From an uncultured Acidobacteriota bacterium (GTDB taxonomy: Bacteria > Acidobacteriota > JAQAZP01): 64,000 bases of DNA. The stretch covers positions 576,001 to 640,000 of the forward strand of contig CAWIIB010000009.1 of NCBI GenBank assembly GCA_963836075.1. Reading direction: 5' to 3'. This document shows, piece by piece, positions 53,154-63,652 of the stretch. A model generated the notes under the pieces. That model saw only the letters and a program-made list of their open reading frames with translations, made no database searches and was not told where the DNA came from. Made by a program: the position numbers and the translations under genes. How positions within the stretch are numbered: the first letter of the stretch is position 1; the number at the start of each line of letters is the position of its first letter.

Positions 53154-54103
53154 CAGTGGACCTCCGTTTCTGCCGCACGGATCCTGGCGATAAAGATGTC
53201 TTCGAGGGTCGGGGAGACGGCGCGGCTGGACAACACGTCAAGGCCCCGCTGGCGAAGCGATTCAGCGAGGACAGCGGCAACGGCCTCCGCCCTGCCGGCC
53301 CCCGCGGTGAGTGTGAGGTGGTACCGTTCGCCGAACAGTTCCGCGTGGGCCACCGCGGGGTGCCCGCGCAAGGCGGCTCCGGCTTCACGGAGCGGGCGGG
53401 CGATGACCTCCACCATTTCCTCCTCCGACTGCCGCCGGATCTCACGCGGGTCGCCCTGGGTGAGCAGCCGCCCCTTGTACATCATCCCCACCCGCTGGCA
53501 GCGTTCCGCCTCATCGAGATAGGGCGTGGTCATCACCACCGTCAGCCCTTCACGCTGCAAACCGGCGAGCAGACGCCAGAAATCACGGCGTGAAACCGGG
53601 TCCACACCGGTGGTCGGTTCGTCGAGGATCAGCAACTCCGGCTGGTGGATCAGCGTGCAGACCAGGGCCAGCTTCTGCTTCATTCCGCCGGAGAGCCGCT
53701 GGGCCAGACGCCTGCGGAAGGGGGTCAGCCGGACCAGGGACAGCAGTTCGTCACGCCGCTTCCTCCACTGACGAACTCCGTGGATCGAAGCAAAAAAAGA
53801 CACGTTCTCGTCCACCGACAGGTCTCCGTAGAGCGAAAAGCGCTGGGAGAGATACCCCACGCTGTGGGCCAGCTTCCGCCTGCGCCGGTGGGGGTTGAGA
53901 CCGCAGGTGGTGACCGACCCGCCGTCCGGCTTGAGCAGGCCGAGGCCCACGCGGAGGCTGGTGGTCTTGCCCGCGCCATCGGGGCCGATCAGTCCGAACA
54001 TCTCCCCGTGCGCCACGGCCAGGTCCAGACCATCGACGGCGGTGACCGCACCGTAGCTTTTACGCATCCCCCGGTAGCTGAGCACCGGGTCTCCGGCGTT
54101 CAT
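53153..54103 (-). CDS. ABC transporter ATP-binding protein
   Basis: GPDGAGKTT, LSGGMKQKL and LDEPT motifs. Confidence 0.94.
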   Translation of the reverse strand: MNAGDPVLSYRGMRKSYGAVTAVDGLDLAVAHGEMFGLIGPDGAGKTTSLRVGLGLLKPDGGSVTTCGLNPHRRRRKLAHSVGYLSQRFSLYGDLSVDENVSFFASIHGVRQWRKRRDELLSLVRLTPFRRRLAQRLSGGMKQKLALVCTLIHQPELLILDEPTTGVDPVSRRDFWRLLAGLQREGLTVVMTTPYLDEAERCQRVGMMYKGRLLTQGDPREIRRQSEEEMVEVIARPLREAGAALRGHPAVAHAELFGERYHLTLTAGAGRAEAVAAVLAESLRQRGLDVLSSRAVSPTLEDIFIARIRAAETEVH

Positions 54104-55086
54104 TCCCCGACCCCCGCGGCCCCGGCCGCCGCCCGCAGCCGGGCCCGGGCCGGCATGCCGGGTTTGAACAGGCCATCGTCGTTCTCCAGGCGGATCCTGA
54201 TCCGGTAGACCAGCTTCACCCGCTCGTCCCGGGTTTGAACATTCTTCGGCGTAAACTCCGCCCTGGGGTTGATCCAGGAAATCCTGCCGCTCCGCTGTTG
54301 GCCGTCGTCGGTGATCACCTCCGCCTGCTGCTCCAGCCGGATGCGGCCCAGGTCGGGCCCGGATACGTAGGCGGTGAGCCACACGTCGGATAGGTCTGTG
54401 ATCACGGCCAGCACGGTTCCCGGAGAGACCAGCTCGCCCACCTCCACCAGCGACTCGGTCACCACGCCGGAGACCGGGCTGACCACCGTGGCGTCACTGA
54501 TCTGTTGCTCGAGGATGGCGATGCCGGAGTCGGCCGAGGCGAGCCTGGCTTCGGCGGCCTGGATCTCTTCCCTGCGGAACCCGGCTGCCAGCTTGGCCAG
54601 CCGCTGCCGGGCCGCCTCCACCGTTTGGGCCGAGACGTCGCGGCGGGCCAGGGCATCGTCGCGGGACTTTTCCGTGCCGGACCCGACATCGAGCAGTCCC
54701 TGGAAGCGGTCCAGATCTCGTTGGGCCGCGGCGAGGTCGGCCTCCGCCCGTCCCAGCTCGGCGCGGGCCACGGCGATGTCCTCATGCTGGTAGCCGCTCC
54801 GTTTCAGCTGCAGTTCGGCCTCGGCCAGGGTTCGGCCGGCCCGGGCCGAAGCCAGCTGCAGTTCGAGGTCGATGGTGTCCACCCGCGCCACAGCGGAGCC
54901 GGCGTCCACCGCTTCTCCCTCCTCGAGCGCGAGCATCACCAGCGTGCCGCCGAGTTTTGTGGACAGCCGCACCTCGGTGGCCTCCACGTAGCCGTTGGCT
55001 TCGATGACATCCGGATCGGTCCGATCATTGCAGCCGGCGACGAGGAAGAGGAGAACGAGGCAGAAGGCAGCCAGAGTTCGAATCAT
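54100..55086 (-). CDS. HlyD-family membrane fusion protein (YbhG-like)
   Basis: VAGC lipobox; AEFTPKNVQT..KPGMPA. Confidence 0.93.
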   Translation of the reverse strand: MIRTLAAFCLVLLFLVAGCNDRTDPDVIEANGYVEATEVRLSTKLGGTLVMLALEEGEAVDAGSAVARVDTIDLELQLASARAGRTLAEAELQLKRSGYQHEDIAVARAELGRAEADLAAAQRDLDRFQGLLDVGSGTEKSRDDALARRDVSAQTVEAARQRLAKLAAGFRREEIQAAEARLASADSGIAILEQQISDATVVSPVSGVVTESLVEVGELVSPGTVLAVITDLSDVWLTAYVSGPDLGRIRLEQQAEVITDDGQQRSGRISWINPRAEFTPKNVQTRDERVKLVYRIRIRLENDDGLFKPGMPARARLRAAAGAAGVGE

Positions 55087-55333
55087 GTCAAATCTCCTTC
55101 GGGCCAGATCGTGCGATGGGACAGCAGTTGGTTGAAATGTATCACCATGGAATACCGATGAAAAGCGGCCGACTCCTGCAAAGCCGCCCGGTTGACCGCA
55201 TCTCACCCCCTCATGTAACATTCATAAAGACCGCTGATAACCCTCACATTAAACAGGTACGCTCTTATCGTGTGGCGCGGTGACGTGCGCTGCGCGACAG
55301 GCCGGCGGGGCTTGCCAGCAGTTGGAGTGAACT

Positions 55334-56014
55334 ATGCCCAGGCTCTTTGCGGCGTTGATGCGACATGGACAATACCACCAGGCCCCGGACACACCCGGTG
55401 CGCACCAGCCGCACCCGCTGACTCCGGCGGGTGAAGCACAGGCCCGGCGTGGCGCCGGCAGCCTGCTGGAAATCGCCCACCGCGAGGGATGGCGGGTGGA
55501 CCGGGTGGTGGACAGTTCGACCATACTCCGGGCGTGGCAAACGGCAAATCTCTCCACGAGCGTGTTCGCCGTCCGCCTGGGAACCTCTTTCCGGGTCACC
55601 CCCTTCCACGAACTTGCGGAGCGCAGTGTGGGCAGCGCGGCCAACCTGACCATGAAGCAGATCAAATCGGTGGTGGCCGCAGATCCGCGCTGCGATGATC
55701 TGCCAAAGGACTGGAAATCGAAGAGCCGGTTCCGGTTGCCGCTGCCCGGCGCCGAGTCGCTGCTCGAGGCCGGAGACCGGGTCAGCCGCATTCTCGAATC
55801 GAGAATGGCCGAACTGGTCGAAGAGGCGACCGTTGACACGGTGCGCCTCTTTGTGGGTCACGGCGGCGCCTTCAGGCACGCCGCGGTGCACCTCGGCGTA
55901 CTCGACATCGACGAGGTGCCGACCCTCTCGATGCACCACTGCCGGCCAGTGGTGCTCGAACGGACGGCCGACGGCAGTTGGGCCAAAGTGGCCGGCCAGT
56001 GGAAGGAACGGTAG
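55334..56014 (+). CDS. Histidine phosphatase family protein
   Basis: RHG motif; RAWQTA; L.ER; VGHG. Confidence 0.85.
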   Translation: MPRLFAALMRHGQYHQAPDTPGAHQPHPLTPAGEAQARRGAGSLLEIAHREGWRVDRVVDSSTILRAWQTANLSTSVFAVRLGTSFRVTPFHELAERSVGSAANLTMKQIKSVVAADPRCDDLPKDWKSKSRFRLPLPGAESLLEAGDRVSRILESRMAELVEEATVDTVRLFVGHGGAFRHAAVHLGVLDIDEVPTLSMHHCRPVVLERTADGSWAKVAGQWKER

Positions 56015-56219
56015 CCGAATTCGACGGAGAAATGATCACTTTGCTTACGCCTCGACCCGCCGTCGCCTGAACGACCCCGGCCGAAATTAAAAATTTTTGT
56101 TAATACTCACATAACTTCTTGACGACACGAGGGATGGAACGTACGTACCTGCATATTCGGATCCTGCATCTTCGCGGCGCCGGCACAGTTCTATCAGCTG
56201 GTTTTCATCCGAGGTCCCC

Positions 56220-56669
56220 ATGGTCAAGAAAAAGGCGGCAAGGAAAGTCTCCGGCGGCAATAAGAAAGCAAAAGCTGTCGCAGGCAAGGGAACGAACAAG
56301 AAAAAAAGGGTGAAAGCACAAAAAATGATGACCAGCGAAATGAAACCCGAGAAGGAAACGACTGCTGTAATTGAAAAACTTCTGCCTGCTGACAAAACCG
56401 AAAAAAAGAAGAAGAAAAAGAAGAACAAAGTCAAATTCAAGAGCATGATGCTCAGGGAAGAGGCGATCTCATATTTCGAGGCGATCCTGGCCGGTATCAA
56501 GCGGGGGTCGATCCAGATCCGGCAGGGTGACGAGTCCGTCGAACTCAGACCGACGCCCCAGCTCGATGTCTCGGTAAAGGCCGCCTCACGTGACCAGGAT
56601 GAAAGAATAGTCTTTGAGATCAAGTGGAGAACGGCGTCAGAAAGTGATCTGACCATCTCCACCGACTAA
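56220..56669 (+). CDS. Amphi-Trp domain protein with Lys-rich N-terminal extension
   Basis: EAISYFEAILAGIKRG..VELRP..VKA..FEIKW. Confidence 0.8.
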   Translation: MVKKKAARKVSGGNKKAKAVAGKGTNKKKRVKAQKMMTSEMKPEKETTAVIEKLLPADKTEKKKKKKKNKVKFKSMMLREEAISYFEAILAGIKRGSIQIRQGDESVELRPTPQLDVSVKAASRDQDERIVFEIKWRTASESDLTISTD

Positions 56670-56703
56670 CCGGGCGCCCGGCGCCTGTCGGAGCAAGGGA
56701 GCG

Positions 56704-56988
56704 ATGAAAGAGCAGGAACAGGACTTCCGGCACGAATCCCTCCAGGACCGGATCTCCATCGAGCAGTACCTGAAAGCGCTGAACAGCGGGTTCACCACGG
56801 GCCGGCTCAAATTCAGCAACGAGGACGGCGAAATCGTTTTCAAACCCCGGGGGCTGGTCAACTTCGAGGTCCGGGCCAGCCGGAAACAGGACCGCGCCCG
56901 GCTGACCCTGAAGTTCAGCTGGAAGGATGGCGAAGGACGGTCGGGCAACGGTAACGGCAAGCTGCAGATCAACGGCAAACACGACTGA
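56704..56988 (+). CDS. Amphi-Trp domain protein
   Basis: FRHESLQD..I..YL.AL..GF..G..L.LKFSWK. Confidence 0.82.
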   Translation: MKEQEQDFRHESLQDRISIEQYLKALNSGFTTGRLKFSNEDGEIVFKPRGLVNFEVRASRKQDRARLTLKFSWKDGEGRSGNGNGKLQINGKHD

Positions 56989-58631
56989 TGGCCCACATGC
57001 TGTCCCGCATCGGTGTGGAGGGCAACCTCCGGTTCCAGATTCTCGAGGTCCGCAAGCAGTTGAAGCGGATCGACGTCTACCTCCGCAAACCCTCCCCATC
57101 CGGCCTGGAGAAGATCACCGCCGGCGACGATTACATCGATAACCTCAAGCGGATCATCCACCGCAAGTGTTACACCGTTGCGGCGGAGGAGCACGGCGAG
57201 GACGGCCCCCCGGTGGACCTGCTGCGGGCGGTGAACGTGGTGGCCACCAACCTGGAGCGGATCTCGGATTTCTGCGAGGACATCGCCGACCAGGTGGCGC
57301 ACATCGAGGACCCGAAGCTGCTCCGCAAGACAGACTTCCGGCCCCTGGTGTCACAGGCGACCGACGGCCTCGAACTGGTGGAGAAAGCCCTCTTCCGTAT
57401 GGACGTGGAGCAGGCCCTGGGGGTCTGCCGCATCGAGGTCGAGATGGATCGGATCTACGACCGGAGCTTCAAGGCCTGCCTCGACGAAATGCGCACCGGA
57501 CAGGGCATCCAGGGTCAGGTGACGCTGATCTTCATCCACCACTACTTCGAACGGATGGGTGACGCCCTGCAGAACATCGGCGAAGCGATCATCAGCGCGG
57601 CCATCGGTGAGCGGATCAAGATCGAGCAGTTCCACGAATTGGAGGACTCGCTGGAGGCCGGGGCGATGGACGACCATGCCGGCGAAGTCACCCTGCGAAC
57701 CATCGGTGAGACCCGCTCCGGCTGCCGGATCGACGAGGTGCGCGACGGGTCCTCCGGAGACCGGTCGATCATCTTCAAGTCGGGCCGCAAGAAGAAACTC
57801 CTCGAAGAGAAGAAGTGCATCGACCGCTGGCACAAGGTCATGCCCGGCATGGCCCCGAAGATCCACTCCTTCCACGAGGGGAAGGATCACGCCTCGCTGC
57901 TTGTGGAATACCTTCCTGGAAGCACGCTGGAATCGACGCTGCTCCAGGGGCGGATCAAGGATCTCGACCCGGCCCTCGACTGCCTCTTCAAAACGCTCAC
58001 CGGCATCTGGGGGCAAACGAGGAAGAAGAAACCAAAGCCGGCCCGCTTCATGAAACAGTTGTCGGACAGGATGGAAGACGTGTATACCGTGCACAACGCC
58101 TTGCGCACCAACGGCATCTCCATCGGCGGGCTGAAGGCACCCTCGTTCGAGGAGTTGATAAAACAGGCAAAAAAGCTGGAGAAAACCCTCGAGCCGCCTT
58201 TCTCGGTGCTGGGCCACGGGGATTTCAACGTGGACAACGTGATCTACGATCCAGAGGCGGACACGGTTCACTTCATCGACCTGCACCGCTCGCGGATGAT
58301 GGATTACACCCAGGACATCTCCGTCTTTCTCGTTTCCTGCCAGCGGCTGCAGGTCTTCGAAGAGCCGGTGCGGCGCAGGATCGCCCATACCTCCCTACGG
58401 GTGTTCGACTTTGCCTCGAGCTATGCGGAAAAGAGCGGGGATGACACCTTCAATGCCCGGCTGGCCCTGGGCCTGGCCCGGTCCCTGGCCAGTTCCACCC
58501 GCTTTATCCTCGACCGCAAGAGGGCCAAGGCGATATTTCTCCGTTCGCGCTACATCCTCGAGCGGCTGATGGCCGCCACCCCTGCCAGCCTCTCGGAATT
58601 CGTCATTCCCCGGGAAATTCTGGTGGATTAA
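56988..58631 (+). CDS. PhoU-domain / APH-like phosphotransferase fusion
   Basis: NLERISD and FERMGD..NIGE PhoU repeats; HGDFNVDN and FIDL kinase motifs. Confidence 0.85.
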   Translation: MAHMLSRIGVEGNLRFQILEVRKQLKRIDVYLRKPSPSGLEKITAGDDYIDNLKRIIHRKCYTVAAEEHGEDGPPVDLLRAVNVVATNLERISDFCEDIADQVAHIEDPKLLRKTDFRPLVSQATDGLELVEKALFRMDVEQALGVCRIEVEMDRIYDRSFKACLDEMRTGQGIQGQVTLIFIHHYFERMGDALQNIGEAIISAAIGERIKIEQFHELEDSLEAGAMDDHAGEVTLRTIGETRSGCRIDEVRDGSSGDRSIIFKSGRKKKLLEEKKCIDRWHKVMPGMAPKIHSFHEGKDHASLLVEYLPGSTLESTLLQGRIKDLDPALDCLFKTLTGIWGQTRKKKPKPARFMKQLSDRMEDVYTVHNALRTNGISIGGLKAPSFEELIKQAKKLEKTLEPPFSVLGHGDFNVDNVIYDPEADTVHFIDLHRSRMMDYTQDISVFLVSCQRLQVFEEPVRRRIAHTSLRVFDFASSYAEKSGDDTFNARLALGLARSLASSTRFILDRKRAKAIFLRSRYILERLMAATPASLSEFVIPREILVD

Positions 58632-58948
58632 CCAAAGATTGCCCTTTTCGCGCGCCCGCCCGCCCCTCAACGCTTGAAGGCCCCGGCCCCCACCCCCCCG
58701 CGAGAGGGTTCGAATTCCTACAAGTGGATTTGTTTTAACGCTTTATCTCTTCGCCGGCACGGCTCTTCGTTTGCGCCCAAATTGATCGACTACTATCATG
58801 GATCTTTAAGCGTAAAGGCTATTGAATCTCCCCGCCGGCCCGTCAAGCCCGCATTTCTCACAAGGTATCACGTGAATATGGGGATGGTTTGTGAGAAGCA
58901 CGGATCATTGACGGTACCCAATTTGAACAGAGCCCAAGGAGCCCCCGA

Positions 58949-60346
58949 ATGAATAGGCACGCACTTATCAAGGAATTGCAAGAGAGCTGGTCCACCGATC
59001 CGCGGTGGGACGGCATAGAACGACCGTACTCGGCCGAGGACGTGGTCAAACTCCGTGGCACGGTCCAGGAGGAGCACACCCTGGCCCGGTTGGGAGCCGA
59101 ACGGCTGTGGCAACTGCTGAAAAGTGAACCGTTCGTCCGCTCACTGGGCGCACTCACCGGCAACCAGGCCGTGCAGCAGGTGCAGGCCGGCCTGAAGGCG
59201 ATCTACGTCAGCGGCTGGCAGGTGGCCGGCGACGCCAACAACGCGGGGCAGATGTATCCCGACCAGAGCCTCTACCCGGCGGACAGCGTCCCCTCCCTGG
59301 TGCGCAGGATCAACAACGCGCTGATGCGGGCCGACCAGATCACCCACGCCGAGGGCCGCTCGGAGAGCATGCCCTGCTGGTTCGCGCCCATCGTGGCCGA
59401 CGCCGAGGCCGGTTTCGGCGGCATCCTCAACGCCTTCGAACTGATGAAGGGGATGATCGAGGCCGGTGCCGCCGGGGTACACTTCGAAGACCAGCTCTCC
59501 TCGGCCAAGAAATGCGGTCACATGGGGGGCAAGGTGCTGGTGCCCACCCAGGAAGCGGTGAGCAAGCTGGTGGCGGCCCGGCTGGCCGCCGACACCCTCG
59601 GCGTGCCCACCCTGGTCATCGCCCGCACCGACGCCAACGGCGCCAGCCTGCTGACCAGCGACATCGATGAAAATGACCGCCCCTTTGTCACCGGTGAACG
59701 GACCCCCGAAGGCTTCTTCCACGTCAACAAGGGGCTGGACCAGGCCATCTCCCGCGGACTGGCCTACGCCCCGTTTGCCGACCTGGTCTGGTGCGAGACC
59801 TCGCACCCCGACCTGGACGAGGCGCGGAAGTTCGCCGAGGCGTTGCACGAGAAGTTCCCCGGCAAACTGCTGGCCTACAACTGCTCCCCTTCGTTCAACT
59901 GGAAACGCCACCTGGACGACGCCACCATCGCCGCATTCCAGCGGGAGCTGGGAGCCATGGGCTACAAGTACCAGTTCGTCACCCTGGCCGGCTTCCACTC
60001 GCTGAACACGGTGATGTTCGAGCTGGCCCACGCCTACCGCGACAGCGGCATGGCCGCCTATTCCAGGCTGCAGGAGAGGGAATTCGAGCTGGAACAGGAC
60101 CACGGCTTCCGCGCGGTGAAGCACCAGAGTTTTGTCGGTGCCGGCTATTTCGACTCGGTGAACCAGGCGATCATGGCCGGCCAGAGCTCCACCACCGCTC
60201 TGGAGGGTTCCACCGAGGCCGAGCAGTTCACCGAGAAGACCCCGGACTTCCGTGAGGCCGAGGTGCACCACGTGGGCAGCAGCGAGGTCGACCCGGTTTC
60301 CCCCGGGGTGACGCTGGTGGAGCCGCCCAAGGGTTCGGCATCATAG
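58949..60346 (+). CDS. aceA: Isocitrate lyase
   Basis: [15 protein letters not shown] and [10 protein letters not shown] motifs. Confidence 0.97.
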   Translation: MNRHALIKELQESWSTDPRWDGIERPYSAEDVVKLRGTVQEEHTLARLGAERLWQLLKSEPFVRSLGALTGNQAVQQVQAGLKAIYVSGWQVAGDANNAGQMYPDQSLYPADSVPSLVRRINNALMRADQITHAEGRSESMPCWFAPIVADAEAGFGGILNAFELMKGMIEAGAAGVHFEDQLSSAKKCGHMGGKVLVPTQEAVSKLVAARLAADTLGVPTLVIARTDANGASLLTSDIDENDRPFVTGERTPEGFFHVNKGLDQAISRGLAYAPFADLVWCETSHPDLDEARKFAEALHEKFPGKLLAYNCSPSFNWKRHLDDATIAAFQRELGAMGYKYQFVTLAGFHSLNTVMFELAHAYRDSGMAAYSRLQEREFELEQDHGFRAVKHQSFVGAGYFDSVNQAIMAGQSSTTALEGSTEAEQFTEKTPDFREAEVHHVGSSEVDPVSPGVTLVEPPKGSAS

Positions 60347-60379
60347 CCGGCAGTTCCGGAACAGAAGGACCAGAGTAAA

Positions 60380-61507
60380 ATGAGCTATCAATCGTTCCTC
60401 CCGCCGCTGCGGACCCTGATGGGTCCCGGTCCCTCCGACGTGCACCCCCGGGTGCTCCAGGCCATGTCCCGCCGGACCGTGGGCCACCTCGACCCCGCCT
60501 TCGTGGCGATGATGGACGAGGTGAAGGCGATGCTCCAGTCGGCGTTGAAAACCCGAAACGAAATGACCATGGTGGTCTCGGCTCCCGGCTCCGCCGGCAT
60601 GGAAGCGGCCATCGTCAACCTGGTTCAGCCGGGCGACAAGGTGGCGGTCTGCGTTAATGGCGTCTTTGGCACCCGGATGGCCGAGATCGTGGGCCGCGCC
60701 GGCGGGACGGCCATCGTGGTGGAAGAGGAGTGGGGCCGGGCGGTGGACCCAAACAAGTTGGAAGATGCACTGCGCGCTACCCCTGGAATCAAGGCGGCGG
60801 CCTTTGTTCACGCCGAGACCTCCACCGGCGCCCTCTCCGACGCCAAAGCACTGGCCGAGGTGGCCCGGCGGCACGGCTGCCTGGTGATCGCCGACGCGGT
60901 GACGTCGCTGGGCGGAGCACCGCTGGAGGTGGACGGCTGGGGCCTCGACGCGGTCTACTCCGGCAGCCAGAAATGCCTTTCCTGCACCCCCGGCCTCTCG
61001 CCCCTCACCTTCAGCGAACGGGCCATGGAGGCGGTGGCCGGACGGAAAACCCCGGTGCAGAGCTGGTTCCTCGACCTGAACCTGGTGCGCTCGTACTGGG
61101 GTGGCGGGAAGAAGAGGGCCTACCACCACACCGCGCCGATCAATGCACTCTACGGACTGCACGAGGCGCTGGTCATCCTCCACGAGGAGGGGCTGGAGAA
61201 CGCCTGGAAACGCCACGAGGACAATCACCAGCGGTTGCGCCGCGGCCTGGAGGAGATGGGTCTGGAATACCTGGTCCCCCAGGGTGAACGGATCCCGCAC
61301 CTCAATTCCGTGCGGGTTCCCGACGGCGTGGACGAGGCCGCGGTGCGCAGCCGCCTGCTCAACGAATACAACCTGGAAATCGGGGCCGGACTGGGGCCGC
61401 TGGCCGGAAAGATCTGGCGCATCGGCCTGATGGGCCACACCTCCCGGCCGAAGAACATCCTTTTCTGCCTCTCCGCCCTGGGGGAAACCCTGCGGGCCGA
61501 GGCGTAG
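60380..61507 (+). CDS. Alanine/serine-glyoxylate aminotransferase (class V PLP)
   Basis: LMGPGPS, HAETSTG, DAVTS, SGSQKCL and YHHT motifs. Confidence 0.92.
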   Translation: MSYQSFLPPLRTLMGPGPSDVHPRVLQAMSRRTVGHLDPAFVAMMDEVKAMLQSALKTRNEMTMVVSAPGSAGMEAAIVNLVQPGDKVAVCVNGVFGTRMAEIVGRAGGTAIVVEEEWGRAVDPNKLEDALRATPGIKAAAFVHAETSTGALSDAKALAEVARRHGCLVIADAVTSLGGAPLEVDGWGLDAVYSGSQKCLSCTPGLSPLTFSERAMEAVAGRKTPVQSWFLDLNLVRSYWGGGKKRAYHHTAPINALYGLHEALVILHEEGLENAWKRHEDNHQRLRRGLEEMGLEYLVPQGERIPHLNSVRVPDGVDEAAVRSRLLNEYNLEIGAGLGPLAGKIWRIGLMGHTSRPKNILFCLSALGETLRAEA

Positions 61508-61542
61508 CGCACTTTTTATTCTGAATTCAAGGATCCAAGACC

Positions 61543-63120
61543 ATGGAAATCAAACTCACTGCACCGGTGAGCGGGGCCGGAGCGGAGATTCTCACCCAGG
61601 AGGCACTGGACTTTGTGGCCGGCCTGGCCGCCACTTTCGATGTCCGGCGCCGGGAACTGCTCCAGCGGCGGCAGCAGCGGCAGGCCGAGCTGGACGCCGG
61701 CGCCATGCCCGACTTCCTCCCTGAGACCGCGGAGATCCGCAACGGCGACTGGAGCATCGCCCCGCTGCCCGCGGACCTCGAAGACCGCCGGGTGGAGATT
61801 ACCGGCCCGCCGGACCGCAAGATGGTGATCAACGCCCTCAACTCCGGATCCAGCGTTTTCATGGCCGACTTCGAAGACGCCAACTCCCCCACCTGGTCCA
61901 ACTGCGTGGAGGGGCAGGTGAATGTCCGGGATGCCGTGCGGGGAACCATCAGCTTCACCAATCCGGCGGGCAAGGAGTACCGCCTGGGGGATTCCCCCGC
62001 CGTGCTGATGGTGCGGCCGCGGGGCTGGCACCTGGAGGAGAAACATCTGCTGGTGGACGGCACGCCGGTCTCCGCCTCGCTCTTCGACTTCGGGCTCTAC
62101 CTCTTTCACAACGCCCGTACCCTGATGGACAGGGGGACCGGGCCCTACTACTACCTGCCAAAGCTGGAAAGCCACCTGGAAGCCCGGCTGTGGAACGATG
62201 TCTTCGTCGCCGCCCAGGAGAGGCTGGGCATCCCCCGGGGGACCATCCGAGCCACGGTGCTGGTGGAGACCATCCTCGCCGCCTTCGAGATGGACGAGAT
62301 CCTCCACGAGCTGCGCGAGCACTCCGCCGGGCTGAACTGCGGCCGCTGGGACTACATTTTCAGCATCATCAAGCGCTTCCGTTCGCGGCCCGACTTTGTC
62401 ATGCCCGACCGGGGCCAGGTGGGCATGGACCGCCACCTGATGCACTCCTACTCGCTGCTGGCCATCAAGACCTGCCACCGCAGGGGCGCCCCGGCCATCG
62501 GCGGCATGGCGGCCAACATCCCGATCAAGAACGACCCCGAAGCCAACGACGTCGCCATGGGCAAGGTGCGGGCGGACAAGGAACGGGAATCATCCGACGG
62601 TCACGACGGCACCTGGGTGGCCCACCCGGGGCTGGTCCAGCCGGCCCGCGAGATCTTCGACCGCAACATGCCCACCCCAAACCAGATCCACCGTAAGCGG
62701 GAGGACGTGGAGGTCAGCGCCGCGGACCTGCTCCGGATTCCCGGGGGGACGATCACCGAAGCGGGACTGCGTCACAACATCGACGTGGGAATCCAGTATC
62801 TCGAAGCCTGGCTCGGGGGCAGCGGCTGCGTGCCGATCTACAACCTGATGGAGGATGCGGCCACCTCCGAGATCTCCCGGGCCCAGATCTGGCAGTGGAT
62901 CAGGCACGACACCGGCGTACTGGATGACGGCCGGCAGGTCACGGCTGACCTGGTCCGCTCGATGGTGCCCGAGGAACTGGACAAGATCCGCTCCCTGACC
63001 GGGGACCAGCGCTACGATGCCGGGCACTTCCCCCTGGCCCGCCGCCTCTTTGAAAAACTGGTCACCGGCGACGATTTCGCCGAATTTCTCACCCTGGACG
63101 CGTATCAGCAGCTGGACTGA
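61543..63120 (+). CDS. aceB: Malate synthase A
   Basis: [25 protein letters not shown] and [12 protein letters not shown] motifs. Confidence 0.97.
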   Translation: MEIKLTAPVSGAGAEILTQEALDFVAGLAATFDVRRRELLQRRQQRQAELDAGAMPDFLPETAEIRNGDWSIAPLPADLEDRRVEITGPPDRKMVINALNSGSSVFMADFEDANSPTWSNCVEGQVNVRDAVRGTISFTNPAGKEYRLGDSPAVLMVRPRGWHLEEKHLLVDGTPVSASLFDFGLYLFHNARTLMDRGTGPYYYLPKLESHLEARLWNDVFVAAQERLGIPRGTIRATVLVETILAAFEMDEILHELREHSAGLNCGRWDYIFSIIKRFRSRPDFVMPDRGQVGMDRHLMHSYSLLAIKTCHRRGAPAIGGMAANIPIKNDPEANDVAMGKVRADKERESSDGHDGTWVAHPGLVQPAREIFDRNMPTPNQIHRKREDVEVSAADLLRIPGGTITEAGLRHNIDVGIQYLEAWLGGSGCVPIYNLMEDAATSEISRAQIWQWIRHDTGVLDDGRQVTADLVRSMVPEELDKIRSLTGDQRYDAGHFPLARRLFEKLVTGDDFAEFLTLDAYQQLD

Positions 63121-63240
63121 GTACCTGCGGTCCCGGCGCCCCCTGAATCCGGTGTGGAAACACGATCCCATCCCTCCCGCCAACCAGGGTCGGATCATGC
63201 TGGATTACAATGAGTTATCGGCTAACTGTCAATTCCCGTC

Positions 63241-63304
63241 GTTGACATAGGGAATACAGGTTTCCGAATCAGCGAAGTGCCGAAAGGCACTTGTCTATGT
63301 CGAC
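63241..63304 (+). other. Candidate structured RNA (three-way junction with GAAA tetraloop)
   Basis: 10-bp closing stem with one G-U, ggaa/ttcc hairpin, aagtgcc-GAAA-ggcactt hairpin. Confidence 0.35.
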
Positions 63305-63652
63305 CCGTCTCTCTATAATATAGATAAATGGATCGATAGATTTCAGCCGTTGCGGCTATTTTCGATAACAGTCTCCTGTACCTCATGAAACAAAAATACG
63401 GGTTTAAACGAGTCGCTGTGCGTACTCGTGATTGATTGGACCGGATGCAGTGAGCGGTTGCCTTGCTACGAGCGTTGGCCCACATCTCACCATTCGACTA
63501 GTCCCCAATACATATTGATGCAGGCGAAAGGAGGTCAGAGCTATCCTGCTCCAGCGGCATTCACCACTGCCGCTTAAAGATTGTTCCCAAATCTGGACCG
63601 CTGCCGGCCTCCTCCAGAACAGCAGGTTGCGGTTCACTCCACAGGAGATGTT

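Noticed and set aside
63241-63304. Hammerhead ribozyme or cobalamin/c-di-GMP riboswitch
   Set aside because: The core consensus elements (CUGANGA..GAAA, B12 box, GEMM motif) are not present in the right arrangement on either strand.
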